DNA of 64,000 bases from Auanema rhodensis (GCA_964057225.1 OZ059894.1:14570001-14634000), one strand, 5' to 3'; positions 1 to 14,548 are shown, counted from the stretch's first letter. Program-made: numbers and translations. Notes: a model not told the origin generated them from the sequence alone.

Positions 1-23
1 GAATTGAACCTATGTTGATTGAA

Positions 24-2275
24 TTAATATATTTCTTGTAAATCGTGCAATCTTTCCATCATTTCTTGCTCTTGTGCTCGTTGGTACTGTAAGATTTTAG
101 AATATCATTTGATTTCGTATGAATTTTATAGCAAATGATAGAAAAAGCCAGTAATAAGGACGTACCTTGCTTAAGAAATTAGAGTCTTGAATAGCATAGT
201 AATTGGTTTCACCATATGGGAAACGTTGATCTTCCACTTGATTCCATAATCGAATTCGAAGAAGGAGACCTTAAAAAGAAACGACATTAAAGGTAAAACG
301 TATAGAGGTTCGAAGAACAAAGATATGTCACAACCTGTAAGGACACCTCCAATGACAGCTGTGACGAATGCCAAACTCATTCCAGTTAGTTGATACAAGG
401 CTTGTGACTTATTATCACGATCACCTTTCATAGGACCACCCATATAGTAAGGATAGATATGATATAATCTTCAATCATTTTGATGAATTTTTCTTTCAAA
501 ATATAAAAAAAAAACCTACGTTTTACCGTAACTTTCAGCTTCGTAGAAATAGGCTATGACTATACTTAGTAGCTGAAAACTAAAACATACACTAAGCTAT
601 CGAAACAAAATGTTTTCAAGCTTTTAATATTTTTGAAAATGAACAATGTAAATAAATGTTTGTAAAACTCACACCCGATAGTATGCCTGGGATTCCATGC
701 AGATTATGAACTCCACATGTATCATATAGCTTAAATCGTTTTTCAAGTAGTGGCTATAATGAAAACATCAATTAAACATTCCAAAAACAAGAACACGAAC
801 TGTAAGATAGACGTGACCAATTACAGATACACTGCTTCCGATGATTCCTATACCGACAGCGTGAGATGGGTATAGTACTGCATTTGCAGCCGAGCCTGGG
901 GCAAATCTGTTGATAGGTATATCACTTAGCAAAGCCTACCAATAGCAACTCCTCCAGCCAAAGTTGAGCTTTGAATATGAATCATATTAAATCGACCAAG
1001 GTTGTCAGCAAATGATGAAATCAAAAAAGTTGTTACTGTTCCTGATGCCATGGCCAAGTATGTGTTCATAATTGCACGATGACGGGCATCTTCTGAAACC
1101 GGACATGTTCATAGAAACATTTAAAAACGTAAACGTCGTGTAAAAAATGAAAAAAAAAATGTTTTGAAACATGCCTGGCTCTTGAATCGAAGCATTGAAG
1201 GAAGGGAAAAAAACCCATAGAAGCAGAGTTCCTATAGTAATGTTAGATGTTATGATTCGACAAGTTTTAGAGTCTTACCTATCATGGAGAAAAGGTCTGA
1301 ATGCTTGATGGATCCTTCATCATTCATTTCCATAACATTTTTCTTATGGCCCACGATAGCTGCAGCTAAACCGAAATATGCTCCAAACATATGTCCAACT
1401 AAAGATCTGCCACCATCGTTAATCTTTAAAAAACATAATAATAATTGCCAAATTTCAGCTTCAATTTTCAAACGTATACAAATAAAACTTACATGCATAT
1501 AGTTAAATAGAATATGTTCAACAAGCACATTCAAAGCAGTTTCAATGAAAGCCAATAATAAAAATTGAGATGGAGTCATTTTTCCTAATAACACTCCCAT
1601 AGTTATGAGGACAACAGCACACGAACTATCGGCGGACATCATTCTTGAAAATAAAAAAAATCAGAACAAAAGGAAAATGCTATTAAGTTAAGTGAAACAT
1701 TGTTGAACTTTATTCGAACTTACTCGGGAACTCCAAGAGTGAAAATGCCAATTTCTTGAAATTGCTTAGAAAGAAATCCTCTCATAATTAAAGCCCATTG
1801 AATGACAAAAGCTGACAACAGCAAATTTACAGAAACGGCTGCAAACCCATATCGCTAAGATGGAGAGAATTAAAGTTAAATTGATTACAAACATCGAAAA
1901 TTCGAAAAATTAAAAAAATACCTTTAGGAAAGCCATTAAGAATCCAAAACCGACAAAAATCATCAAATGGACATCCTGGAACACTGGAGAAGTTTGGTTA
2001 CAACATTATCGTTTGTTCGAATTTCTAATTTTTTTTCATCTTTACGTAATTAAGAATAGTAAATTTTTGCAAGAAATTAGAAAACTTATAATGTAAATTT
2101 AAAATTTCAAACGATATACATGAAACTTACATGGATAATCAGTATTACTGTAAATCCTTTTGCTGTCATCCAGAGGATCTATGTAACGACAAAAAAAAGA
2201 AAATAAAATAATGAAGACAGCTTGAAAAAGCATTGCCAAAAGCGGAAACTGCCGTCTATTCATAAGTTCCCACAT
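24..2275 (-). CDS. rhr-2: Rh-type ammonium/CO2 transporter (Amt/Rh family), multi-exon, complete
   Basis: Spliced translation starts [68 protein letters not shown] and contains [35 protein letters not shown] and [13 protein letters not shown]. It ends [20 protein letters not shown] (TAA at 26-24). Both termini match C. elegans RHR-2 as I recall it. A TTTTAG acceptor lies just upstream of the ATG. Confidence 0.93.
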
Positions 2276-3144
2276 TTCTTTCTAAAATAGAAAAAGAAGC
2301 TAAGCATTCACGCTATCATTAAGTAAATAATCGTTTGAATTGATAAAAAAATGGATGAAAATAACACAAATTAGTAAAAGTAAAAATACGAATAGATTAA
2401 TTTAAGGTTGATATTCTTTGATAAAAGTTGTAGGAGTAAAACAACTGGAACAATAGACATAACAGGAAACCATGCGGATGACATTGAGATTGCGGTGTGG
2501 CCAGAAGAGTCTCTCCAGTCATGTCACCTGTCTATCTTAGAAAAAAAGAACAGGTTCCATCATCGTTCAACTGTTGTCTTTCTAGCAGTTAACATGATAA
2601 CTACAACAGAATGAACCAAAATATTAAAATTTTAGGGCAAAATAACATTTTTTTTTAAAATTATGATTTCACCAAAAGAACGCAGTATACAGAAGCCATT
2701 ATCAAAATTCAAAAAATGATGAAAAAGGTCATTTTGCAAAGTTAAGCGGGAATCAAATCTGTAAGACGTAACAGAAAAAGAGAAACAGAATTCAGATAGA
2801 ATGTTACAAAGAGAGTATTGATTTGAGATGACATTCAAAATGAGAAAAACCATGACTATGAGTTAATCAAAGGAGTCGTCTACATTCAAATGTGACATCC
2901 TTACTCAACGATATGATCAACTTATGCGTTATCTGATGGCCCACCTCTATCTTCATCATTATATATTTTCCCAAAAATGGTTACATTGAAAGTAATTCTT
3001 CATTGTAGCAGACATGGTTAATACAAAGTAATAAATAGGAAAACAAAACTGAATTACTTTGAGAACACAAAAAAAGTACAACATACCGGTATTTTCGAAC
3101 ACTAAACTTAGATAAATTCATGAACGATCACAAAACATATCAAA

Positions 3145-5571
3145 CTATTGTTGAGAGCTGTTAGACACTTTACTCCACTCCATTTCGCAAATCATTTTTA
3201 AGCATTCCATTTCTCTAGAAGATAATCCGAGATCTCTTAAAATGCTTCATTAGCTCATGGAAAAAAACTTTGAAAGCTTACTTAAGATGAGCTCCAAACT
3301 CGTTATAAATATGAATTAATGCGGACTGTAGAGTTAGGTTTAGTTTATGAACTCCTTCAACTGACATCCCATCATTTGGAATAGTCTAAAAATTTGTTTT
3401 AAAACTATCAGCAGAATGCAACACTACCGCGCGAGCTCTGAAGTATTTATCGATAGTTTGAATGAGAGAACACAAGCTTCGAATGATTATATTCAAGTCC
3501 TTCAAAACCATTCCAAACCTATCCTCAGTGTATGACTTGACAACAAGCATGAAGAACCCTGTAAAAAACAACCATGTTAGTATACAAAACAAACAAAGAA
3601 ATACAAAACTAACCTTCAACAGCTAATGTACTCAACTGAAGATTGTAATCGGGAATGAGAGGTACATCATGCTCAATATTCCATCTAAATTTGATTATAA
3701 TTATTTTCGTTTTATAAATAGGTGAATACTTCTTGGATTTGAATACCGAAGGCTTAGCGATAGCAGGTCTAAGAGCAACTCTGTGACGTTGACGAACAGC
3801 AGAAGAATATACTGTATGATAAATAGTTATATACTTCAATTTTTCTAGAAACTCACATTGCTTTCTAGCTTTCATTGGCATCAGTAACATTTCCCGATCA
3901 ATGCCATCTTCATCCTCATTATCATCGAATGATCCAGCATAACGAGATAGAGCAACCTCGATTTCGGATTTGGCTTCTTCCAAAACTCGCATACAAGCAG
4001 CTGATAGGGCTCCCCAATTTCTTGGATGCCCTCCTGGCTGACTAAGGGAAAATACCTCAAGACGTCTCTTGGAATCATTCCAAGCAATTCTACGTAAATC
4101 GAAGAAAGCGAACAACTGAAACAAAACTTTATATCAGACAAAGTAAAAGAGAAACAAACCTTCAGAAGCTTATGCTGAGATTCAATAACATTGATTAAGT
4201 TTCTGGTTTGTTCGGGAGTTGGACTGTTTACCGCATATGCCGGTGGCAATGGGAAAGTGATTGGCTTAAATTATAAAATATATTCTTACATTTCAGGTAT
4301 TATCTCACCTGAAGAACCACAGACTTCACAATTCTAGTCAACGCTTTACCAATCATGATATGAAAAACAGTAATAACCAGTAAGGTTTGGTATAAAGTAG
4401 GATGGAAAAAAACGAGCCAAGAAGAAAACCCAAAAACGAAAGGCCCTGAAAACAGATCTTAAACTTAAACCCAATTTCAAAATATAATACCTAATACAAA
4501 ACCTAAAATAAGAGAAGCTATGATAGTCTTGGAAGCAGACTTCAAAGATTGTACCAAAACAGTTTCTCCACGGAAACCAAACATAGAGCTCATGGAATTG
4601 AAAAAACTCATCTACAATGAGAATTCATTAACATAAGCCTATAGCTCAACTACAACCTGCACAGCATTTCCGAGAAAGAGCAGTTGATAATCGCCTCTTA
4701 AAACAGTACCAATAGCAGCAATGGATACAGACATATATACAATCATAAACATCATGCTAAAATTACATTAAAATTTCTGAAAAATAATAGAAACCAAAAT
4801 ACCCAGAGCTCATCATTGTAATACTTCGAATAAATAAGAAGGATATGAAATAATTTACTGATAAAGTAAGAGAACAAGCCATCCAGGTTTCATATTTTAA
4901 AGGTGAAAGTTTCTCCTCTTGATCCACTGAAAATATATATTAGGGAAAAATAACAAGTGAAAATCAAACCTTTGTAGAAATATCGAAGAAATATGTTAGA
5001 ATAAACAAAATAAACAAAACCGGACAAAAAAAGGAGAAAATAAGACGAAGTAGAAGTAAAAGACGATGTCAAATCTTAAAATTAAATCAAAAATTAAGAA
5101 AATAAAGCACTGTCTTACCTAATATAGAACCGATAGGTGATAATATGTTAATCTTACATAAGAGAAAACAAAGAAAAAAAGCGAAAGACGCTACAGCTGA
5201 GAAAAATATTGAACCTCGCAACCTTCTCTTGTCAATCTTAAATAGTCATATAAGTTTTCATCTAAAGATTATACTAAACCTCTGAGTTAAACCAATCTGA
5301 GATTTGATCATAAATTGTGGTAGCTTTAGCTGCTTGAATCGAACTGTTTAGTAATACTCTAGGAGAAGTAGCAGCGAGAGATCTAGTTGGAGTAAAAGAT
5401 CGGGAAGGGCTTTTATTTTGTTCTTCAACACGAAAGCCTCTTAAAAAAAGTAAATTCAGGAATTGAAAAATAATTAAAGGTAAGAACTTACATAACAGGA
5501 GAGGATGGATAACCTGTATCAGTTGCATCCAAATACATATCGCCTCCAGGAGACGAAAATTCCGTAAACAT
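3145..5571 (-). CDS. npp-22: Transmembrane nucleoporin NDC1, multi-exon
   Basis: NDC1 signature FDLRRIAWNDSKRRLEVFSLSQPGGHPRNW, plus EDRFGMVLKDL, PPAYAVNSPTPEQTR and TIYDQISDWF. ATG at 5571 follows a TTATAG acceptor (second in-frame ATG at 5538). Stop TAG at 3147-3145 after CLKMICEMEWSKVSNSSQQ. Confidence 0.93.
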
Positions 5572-6145
5572 TCTATAATAATTAACGATAATATTACATA
5601 GCATATGATACATAGTACTAATGCACGGAATTTCTCAGAAAATGAAGAAAATGTAACTACAAATTATTATATAGTATAGTTATAATAAAAATAATTCAAA
5701 TATTCCATTTTAAATTTTTCGCTAACATTCGAAAATCCCACTTCGCCTTCCTGTAAAGTGATAGCATCGTTGGAAAAAAATCAGAACAGTTCTAAAAATG
5801 TCTCAAGGCGCCATAAATTGCAAGTAGAATAGTTCAAAAGGTTCATCTTGTAAAATACACTTAATACTGCGTGTTCCACGATAGATCAGCGATTTGATTG
5901 ATCAGTCACTGTATGAATTGATCATTTTGTGCAAAGTAATTGAAATGTCTCAAGTATTTGAGACATATATAGAATTTAGTCCCTTGGATTATTAATACTG
6001 GATATTTCTTATGAAGGAAGTGAAAGAAAAGATTACTATTATTACTATTACTTAAAGCTTCATGTCTTGAAACAAAGAAAGCAAGTATGCTCGACTGCAC
6101 TTATTGAACCCGAGAAATCTTTTCTTTGAGTTCTTAGTATCCTTA
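5572..6145. promoter_or_regulatory. Probable bidirectional promoter between divergent npp-22 and the PLAT gene
   Basis: Head-to-head ATGs about 575 bp apart. Inferred from geometry only. Confidence 0.45.
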
Positions 6146-6891
6146 ATGTGGTGGACACCGTTGGCCTTTCTTCATATTCTAGTTTTTATCCTTTGTTGTT
6201 CAGCTCAAAACAGCACAGGCTTAAATGGTTGGTTTTATTTGAAACTTTATATATATAATAGACGACAGTAACATTATTTCAGATGGTCAAATTTGGGATG
6301 TGGTTATAAAAACATGTGATATCAAAGGCTCAGGGACAGACGCATCTGTTTATTTGAAAATTTTCTACGAAGCGAATCACGATTCAGAAACTTTTCTTTT
6401 AGATAATGTTAACAGGTTAGTTTATTATTTTTAAAGCTTTATACTTATTTTTTTCCAATAGAAATGATTTCGAAAAAGGAGCAACTGATCACTTTAAATT
6501 ATTTTTTAAACAAAGCGATATAGTGAACTTGGGATTATTTTGGTGGCCGGGATTCAGTTTTAACCAGTCGTGGTGTGTCAAATGGGTTAGTCTTAAATAG
6601 TACAATATCCAGTACTATATACTTGAATTGGTGCAAATGAATAAATATTTTTTTCCAGATTTTATTATTAAATTCTAATACTGAGACATGTTATGAGGGG
6701 ATTTTTGATAAGTGGATTTTACACTACCGGTTTGTTTCATGTTTATTATACTAACTATATTATCAAAATGTTGTTTTAGTGATCCGCCATCATACGCTAC
6801 CCAATTTCATCGTTTGCGATTTGCGGATTGTGTTTATCCGGCTCCACTAGGAACTCCTAGAAGATCATTTCTAAGATATAATGCCGAATGA
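6146..6891 (+). CDS. Secreted single-domain PLAT/LH2 protein, 173 aa, 5 exons (6146-6227, 6283-6415, 6462-6585, 6659-6729, 6780-6891)
   Basis: GT-AG joins give one open frame: signal peptide MWWTPLAFLHILVFILCCSA, then the PLAT motif WDVVIKTCDIKGSGTDASVYLKIF...LDNVNRNDFEKGATDHF...SWCVKWI...FDKWI. TGA at 6889-6891. Absent from the ORF track because the exons are short. Confidence 0.85.
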
Positions 6892-7845
6892 TTTCTCTAT
6901 TTATTTCTGCCAAATGTCATCAGATCCTATTGGTTGGGATTGAGCATGAGGAATGACGGAAGATAAACTGATCGTTTTACTGCTGTCAGTTCATGCTCAT
7001 CTGCCCTTACATTTTTTTCTAAATTTGATCATCTGACATTTAACTTCGATGCCAAAATGGCTGTCTTTACAAATTATCACAATTCTTTCCGCGTCTCTTT
7101 CTTTATTTTAGGAAATTGTACCTACATCAATTTTTTAGAATGCTACCAAACCTGCTATGTTAATTCTGACAGCAATTGTTAACATTAGGTTTATCACAGC
7201 AAAATTGCAGATTTTCATTCAGTTCTTTAGTGTTTCCTATCTAATAAATATACATTTTCTATTGTTTTTTTTACTTTTACTTCAGAAGAACAATCAACGT
7301 CTCACACTTAACACGCCCATTGAAACCTGGGTCTGAGAAATGAGTCCTATACGTTACATAAAATGTTCTAATACTATACTATACTATATATAATATTTTT
7401 TGATCAACCTTTTAAACTATCACACTAATATAATGAGGATCCCAGAGAATATTGCTCATCATCTTATTGATCAACAATCTTCAAATCTTGCATTTTTGTT
7501 CTGAATAGTTTTGTTATCTTATCACATTTTCTGGTTTGCACGTGTAATCGTTTTATAAATTCTTAAAAAGTCTTATAATACTGGAATTTTTAAAGGAGAC
7601 ATATATAAGATGTTTGTATTATCCTTTAGCTCTTGTTCTCGACTTTGTCTTCAATCATTAACGACAAAAAACTTTTAAATTTCTTTGTTTTCTTCGAAAG
7701 CTCAGCTTCTCAGGTGGTTAGGATTTTAATGTGTGACGTTATAATTCTTTTTTCCCGAGTTTGTAATGAGACACATGGCCTACTGATAATATAGTTTCAA
7801 ATTGAATTTTTGCTATCTTCTTTTTGAAAATTTCAGTTTTTACAG

Positions 7846-10800
7846 ATGCTACTACGCATAGTGGGGCTTTTCCTATTCCTGGGTTTTATAGGACTTATTC
7901 AACCTCAAATACAGTCTGTCCAAGTATGTGACTCTACTAACTCTAATAACTCGTATGCCTTAAGAGGATTTTTCAAAATAAATATTTTATTCAATTAAAG
8001 ATTTATATATTGCTATGGACGATTATTGGAAGCTGTTAATCAACATCAATTATTCAATGATTCTAAAACATTCGTTGATATGCCAATGGTTTTGAATCCT
8101 GGTAAGCATTTCTACCTTCTATTTCACAGAAAATACTTTTAAAAGTTAATCAAACTAATTCTCAGATGAAACACAACGGCTGTTTAATGATCGTTTTGGA
8201 TCAATTCCAGTGGATCAAATTGATAAAACTGAGTTGAAATCTTTTGTTTACAAGTATTTCATGTATGTTTTACAACATACACTCGTTATTCTTTACACTT
8301 TTTAAAAATTTTTTAAATAGAATAACATAAAGTTTTTGAACAGGCCAGCTGGAAGCGAGTTATTGAACTGTACTCCATCTGACTGGAAAGCTACTCCATC
8401 GTTGTTGATGAAGATCAACGACCCTGAGCTTCGCAATTGGGCTGTAGAACTGAACAATATTTGGAAAACGCTATGTAAAACGGTATTAAAACTATTCTTC
8501 AAAAACTTTTACATGAAGTTTTGAGAAGAGACTTTGATAATGAAACAAGATTTTTTGCTTTGAAAAATGGCAGATTCTTTTCCATTTACGAAATGTTCTT
8601 TGATTCATCTAGAATTTCAATGATAAAATAATAATTTTCTTTTTTGAAGATTAATCCGGAAATCGAAAAACACAGTTCGCGTTATTCACTTATCTATGTT
8701 CCAAATAACTTTATTGTACCAGGTGGACGGTTTCGTGAATTCTATTACTGGGATGCTTATTGGATTATAAAAGTAAACGAATATATTATATAAAAAATTA
8801 AAAATATATTGTTTTGAAGGGATTACTTATATGTGATATGACTGAAACAGCTAAACATATGATCGACAATTTTGCAACTTTGGTTGAAAGGTAGGAAATA
8901 ATATGAATTTAAAAAAAAATGTTTTTAAAGATATGGCTTTGTTCCAAATGGCGGACGTGTATACTACTTGAAACGATCTCAACCACCTCTTCTTTCTGGA
9001 ATGGTTTATGAATATTTTCAAGCAACTCAGGACTTAGAATTCATCAAAAAGATGATTCCAGTATTAGAAACTGAAATTAATTTCTGGAATAATCATCGAA
9101 TGGTAAGAAATTTATAAAATACACTGACGTTCAAAATACTTTGTACTTTACGATCGAAATAATACTACAAGATTTCTAATTAATTATCATCTAATGATGC
9201 TATTATCAAAGATGTAATAGGTTTAGAGATGAAATTGTAAATTTTTAAAAGATTCATGTTAAAATTGACGTAAGAACACTTATGAACTTGATATCGTGAA
9301 AGCCACATGTTTCGATCGAAGTGCGTTTTAAATTTTTTTTGCTGACGTTGCCACTAATCACGCGCGCATAACAAAGTGATCAATTTGTTTTTTCTTTTTT
9401 TTTTATTAAACATGTAAAATAATAATAATTTGGAAAAATAATTTATTCATTTAGATAAATATAACGAAAGAAGATTATACATATTCTGTATATCAATATC
9501 GAACGGAAAGTAATGTACCAAGACCTGAATCATATCGCGAAGATACGTTGAAATCAAAGAATTTACCAAATCCAGAACAATTCTATACAGTATGTTTAAA
9601 TTAAAATATTATAAATATCAAAATATTTAAAACAAATTGAATTTTAACATCGTTTTGTTGCATTTTTATGAAAATTATTACATATATGACGGTGTGATAA
9701 AAAAAATTTAAATCTAAAACTGGTTTATACTCTACCTGAATTTTTTTTAAATTTTCAAATTTTATAAGAAATATCTATGAAATTGTTGTATAATTTATAA
9801 TAAAGATATATAATGATAGATGCTTAGGATATAGCATCAGCTGCTGAATCTGGAATGGATTTCTCCACTCGTTGGTTTGCTGACAAAGAATCCATTTATC
9901 AAATCGAAACATCAAATGTTTGAATAATGATAATTCGTATATATTTGAAAATTATTTTAGGTTATACCTGTTGATTTGAATGCTTTTATGTGCTGGAATT
10001 TTGATATTTTAGAGTTTTTAACAGAAAAAATAGGTGATAATGCGTTATCAGTGAAATCTTTGATCATTAATATTTCAGGTGATTTTGAAAAAGCAGAGAA
10101 ATATCGTAATATGAGAGCTGAATTCCGACAAGTTTTAAATAGTATTTTCTATAATGAAACAGCTGGAACATGGTATATAGTTACAAATTAATAAAAAAAA
10201 AACAATTTTTTAATCTTATAGGTATGATTATAACTTAAGAACAAAGTCACACAATGTTGATTTCTATCCAACTATGACAACACCGTTATTCACAGAATGT
10301 TATAACACTTTAGATCAAAAAAAATCTGAGAAATTATTCAGTGTCATGCAGGTTTTTAATTTTTAAAAATTGGCTGCAACTTGATTACATTACTTTTAGA
10401 ATATGGGAGTTTTCAATTATCCATCTGGAATTCCAACTTCTATGAAGCAACAAAGTTCAGAGCAATGGGATTTTCCAAATGGTTGGAGTCCTTTAAACCA
10501 TATGGTTATTGAAGGTTTAAGAAAAAGTGCGAATCCTCAAATGCAGGATCAAGTAAGTGTTTATGAAGTTGATAACAAACTTATCATTTAATCTTTATAG
10601 ATTATAATCTTTTTTTTTAAAGCTTAAAGCTTATTTTTAAACTTTCTCACAAATATTTCTTTTTGTTAAATTTTATGTTTCAGGGATTTTTATTAGCTAA
10701 AAAATGGGTTCTAGGAAACTACAATGTTTGGAAAGAAACAAAACATATGTATGAAAAGGTGTTTATTATTTTTTACATTTTTATAAAAATATTTTTTATA

Positions 10801-11143
10801 AATTTATTCAACAAAATTTATTTTAGTATAACGTTATTGGATCATATCCTAAGCCTGGACAGGGAGGTGAATATGAAGTTCAGGTTTGAATATTGTTTTA
10901 AATTTGTTGATAATATTCTAAGTTTAGGATGGATTTGGATGGACAAATGGAGTAATTTTGGATCTTTTATCAACTTATGCTGATCGTCTTCAACTATCTC
11001 CTCAAGATGTATCAACTTCAACTATTTCAAATTCAATTACACGTTCTACACGTTCAATTAATCCATCAATTACAACAAGTATTAGTACTAGCTTATCAGT
11101 ATCATTCATTTTGGTGATTTCTTCAATTTTTCTTTTTTTTTAA
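7846..11143 (+). CDS. tre-3: Trehalase (GH37) with signal peptide and Ser/Thr-rich, hydrophobic GPI-type C-terminus
   Basis: Signature motifs DSKTFVD, PGGRFREFYYWDAYW, NGGRVYYLKRSQPP, RPESYRED, ASAAESGMDFSTRW, QWDFPNGWSPLNHM and GFGWTNGVILDLL. N-terminus VCDSTNSNNSFIYC. The paralog name rests on the recalled N-terminus and adjacency to ceh-32 and is less certain than the family call. Confidence 0.9.
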
Positions 11144-12876
11144 TTAAAATATTTCAAATTTTGAAACGATTTTTGAAACGAAGAACATATAATCAACTTT
11201 AAAATCTGATATTGTTTTGTTTTATTTCACTTTTATCATCCAAAATCATTAGCTTTAACTTTCGTTTTTAACATAAAAAAGTGAATATGAGAATACATAT
11301 TTATACTTTTACATCTATCTATCTATATACATTTGCTCAAACTGTATGTAAAGTTGTCTTGATGACATATTCTATTGTATATAATCTACGTTTCCATGTT
11401 TTTCTTATTCTTATTATTTAAAAATGAAATTTTGTATATTGTCACATATAGCAAATATATTTCTCCCGTTTTCAACAGCTTTTTTTTATTTTCAATATAT
11501 TTTATGAAATACAATTGTGCGATGATGTGACGACAACGACAACGGCATCTCATTGAAATTCAGGAGCTGCATGATGAGGCTATCTGGTCGTTGTTGAGAA
11601 AATGCTGTGAGCGAGCAGGCAAATAAGAAGTTGTGATGAGGATTGAAAAAGAGTTTAGCATTGTAGATTAGTAAGCATTTGAAGAAGAGAGGCAGATGAA
11701 GAGTGAAAGAAGTGGGAAAAAGATGGTTGGATGGGCGGAAGATGAGGCAAATGAAGATGAGATAGAAGAAGAAGTAGTATGGCAGATTCGAGAAGAGAAT
11801 TGGAGATTGGTGAATAATAATGAACAATCATATATTCTAAACGGCTATTGGATTTGAATTGCCGATGAGCTTTTGCTCACGTAAAGAAGGTTCTCATCCA
11901 ATGAGATGAAGTAGTGTTGATTGAATACGGTAGATATATCAATTGAATTGAGCCCTGCTTCCTTCTTGTCTCCCAACTCTTCAAGAAGATATTTGGAAGC
12001 AACAAGCTCTCATTCTCATAAATATAAATCTCGACAACGACTACTGCCTTATATCCATAATATGTATACGGTAGCTGCGACTTAAAGATGTCTATGATTC
12101 GGCTATTACCATAGATTGTATTAAAATTCTAACAACATCATCTTCTATGTTGGTTGTGTTGTCATCATAATCATCGTCATCATCAACACATCTATTATCT
12201 TCTGAAAGAATAATGGACTGATTCTGAACGTAATGAGAATATAGGGAAACTGGGAGAGAGAGGGAGAGCGTGTTTATAAGTTAACGGGTGAGAGAGACAA
12301 AAGAGACAAAACAAGGCTAGAGAGGGAAAGGGGTATTCACGTCATAAGAAGACGAAATCAGAAAAGAAGAATAAGAAACAGAAGAATCGTTCGTGCGTGT
12401 CTACTATTTACCGCGAGCTCTGACGTTGAAGATGATGACGATGATGTCTCTTTTCTTATTTTCAGTGTCTTTTCTTTTCATAAATTGGCTATTAGAATTA
12501 GTTTAGTTTGTAATCATTGCTAATAAGACAAGGTGGACGATAATCATTATGTAGTAGTGCATTTCCTTCTTCAAGGACAGAAAAACGATAATGGACAGTA
12601 GATGATTGGACCTATATGAGGAAAAAAAGAAGTTAAAGAGACAGAAAATAAGGAAAAACAGAGAAAAAAGACAATAAAGAAAAATATAGAGAGAGAATGA
12701 GATAGAGGGTGAGAAAACGAGAACAAGGTGAAGGTATAGAAGTTAAAAGAATAATTGAACTATTACTCTAATCTCTCAATATGGTAAAGAATCTTTAGGT
12801 GCCTAATGGATTGTAACCAACCAAGAATCATCTCAACTACCCCAAACTCAATGGAATAAAGACATTTTACCGTTGT

Positions 12877-12921
12877 CATCATCATCATCATCATCATCAT
12901 TACCATTACCATTACCATCAT
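12877..12921. repeat. (CAT)n / (CATTAC)n microsatellite
   Basis: tcatcatcatcatcatcatcatcattaccattaccattaccatcat seen directly. Confidence 0.85.
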
Positions 12922-14478
12922 CCGTCTCCTTCTTCATTTTCTATTTTCCAACTTAAAATAGTACCGTAATCGAAGGCTGATTGTATGGTATACTACATGT
13001 ATGTATTGTGTCATTTGAAGAAAACGGGTGAGGTAGTTGAAATTCTCTCAATTCTTGTCTCTAAATGGTTGACAACAAATGAAAAAGAAGACGATGAAGA
13101 CAACATTTGCGACAGAGAAGTATCTTTCAATGTCAAGTAGCTATCAGCCATAATAGCATAGGAATCCATCAAATACATTGAGTAAGCCAGACATTAAAAG
13201 AGAATCAAATAGACTAAACGTGAGTCTATATCGACAATTTCCTCCTTTTTGTCTTCTTGTTCTTGTCTTTTGAGACAAAATACATCAGAAGTCTTTAACG
13301 ATCTCCGACGGAAACATCTTCATGAGTACATAACGATCTGAGGATAAGGACTCAATTCTTTGATGGAGCCAATGATTTCCGGGCAAAGCTCATGGTCTGT
13401 CTTGGTGTTCGGATACTGTAACACCGTCATCTGGGAAACGTTGAAACGTTGAAAGCGACAGAGATTGCTGTTTCTTGTTATTAATTAAAGGGCTAATCTA
13501 TATGAAAAAAAGCCGATTACAATATGGTTAGCTGTTTCTTTAGCAACATGTCTTGTTATTTGTGTAAATGCAGCTCATGCTGTTCATGCTCATTATGCTC
13601 TTCTTAGGTTATGTACTGCTCACGATGAGCGTATGTGACCTGTTGGTATGCTGCTGTATGCAACAGGTGGTAAGGCATGCTGGCTACTCGTTGTCGCTGA
13701 ATGGATTAAAAAAGGATTGATCTAAAGGTTATTCAAGACTAATTACATGAATGTTATCGTTATGAATCTACATGTTTAACGACATCATCATGTCTCCCCT
13801 TGTTAGCATATCCAACTGATTTAGACTCATCAACACATCAGATCTCATTGTCTTGAGACTATTTATGGATTAGTGACAGTGTCTGACTTGTTAGCACTAC
13901 CGGATATTGAAGCTGGTGATGGTTATCTATACATGTGGAACAAGAGCAATTGTTGACTTTCCAGCTGCTTTCCTATCAAAAATGAAATGATCCCTAGATA
14001 GATAGATACATAGATAGCCATATATGCAATACTTTTATCATCTGTTTCAACTAATCTTCTTCGATTTTAAGAGAAGAAATACAAGAGTTTGAGAGGAAGA
14101 AGTGATGATGAGAAGAAAGATAAAACTTAGAAATACAAGACTAAGCTTAAACAACAAACTATCATCAGTTGTATCAATCTTTTGAATATATTTGTTTAGT
14201 AGATTAAGGTATAGTTGCAATCTTTAACAGAGAGTGAAGTTGGTCCCTTGTTCGATTGAAGAGTCATTCTAAGTGGTTATCGCAGTCTATTGGCAGCTTA
14301 TCCGATTCGGCTTCTTTACATCACAACCAGAAGTACATAATGATTTGACAAAGGAAAAAGAGATGATATATAGGCAACGAGGATACAAGTTAAGAGATGC
14401 TTTAATGAAAAGAGAAGGAATCATTTCTAAAAGAAAGTATATTGAAGAAGACATATTTGGAGAGGTGAAGAGAATATA

Positions 14479-14479
<1 letters not shown>

Positions 14480-14512
<33 letters not shown>

Positions 14513-14548
14513 AGAGGGAGAGAGAAAGAGAAAATAAGATAGAGAGAG
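14480..14548. repeat. Imperfect (GA)n microsatellite
   Basis: gagagaaagagagagagagagagagagaaagagagagggag seen directly. Confidence 0.85.

Noticed and set aside
7140-7335. Possible alternative upstream exons of the trehalase
   Set aside because: Candidate donors and acceptors could not be joined in frame to the trehalase ATG exon.
13029-13060. let-7-family-like start TGAGGTAGTT
   Set aside because: Only the seed matches and there is no convincing precursor hairpin.
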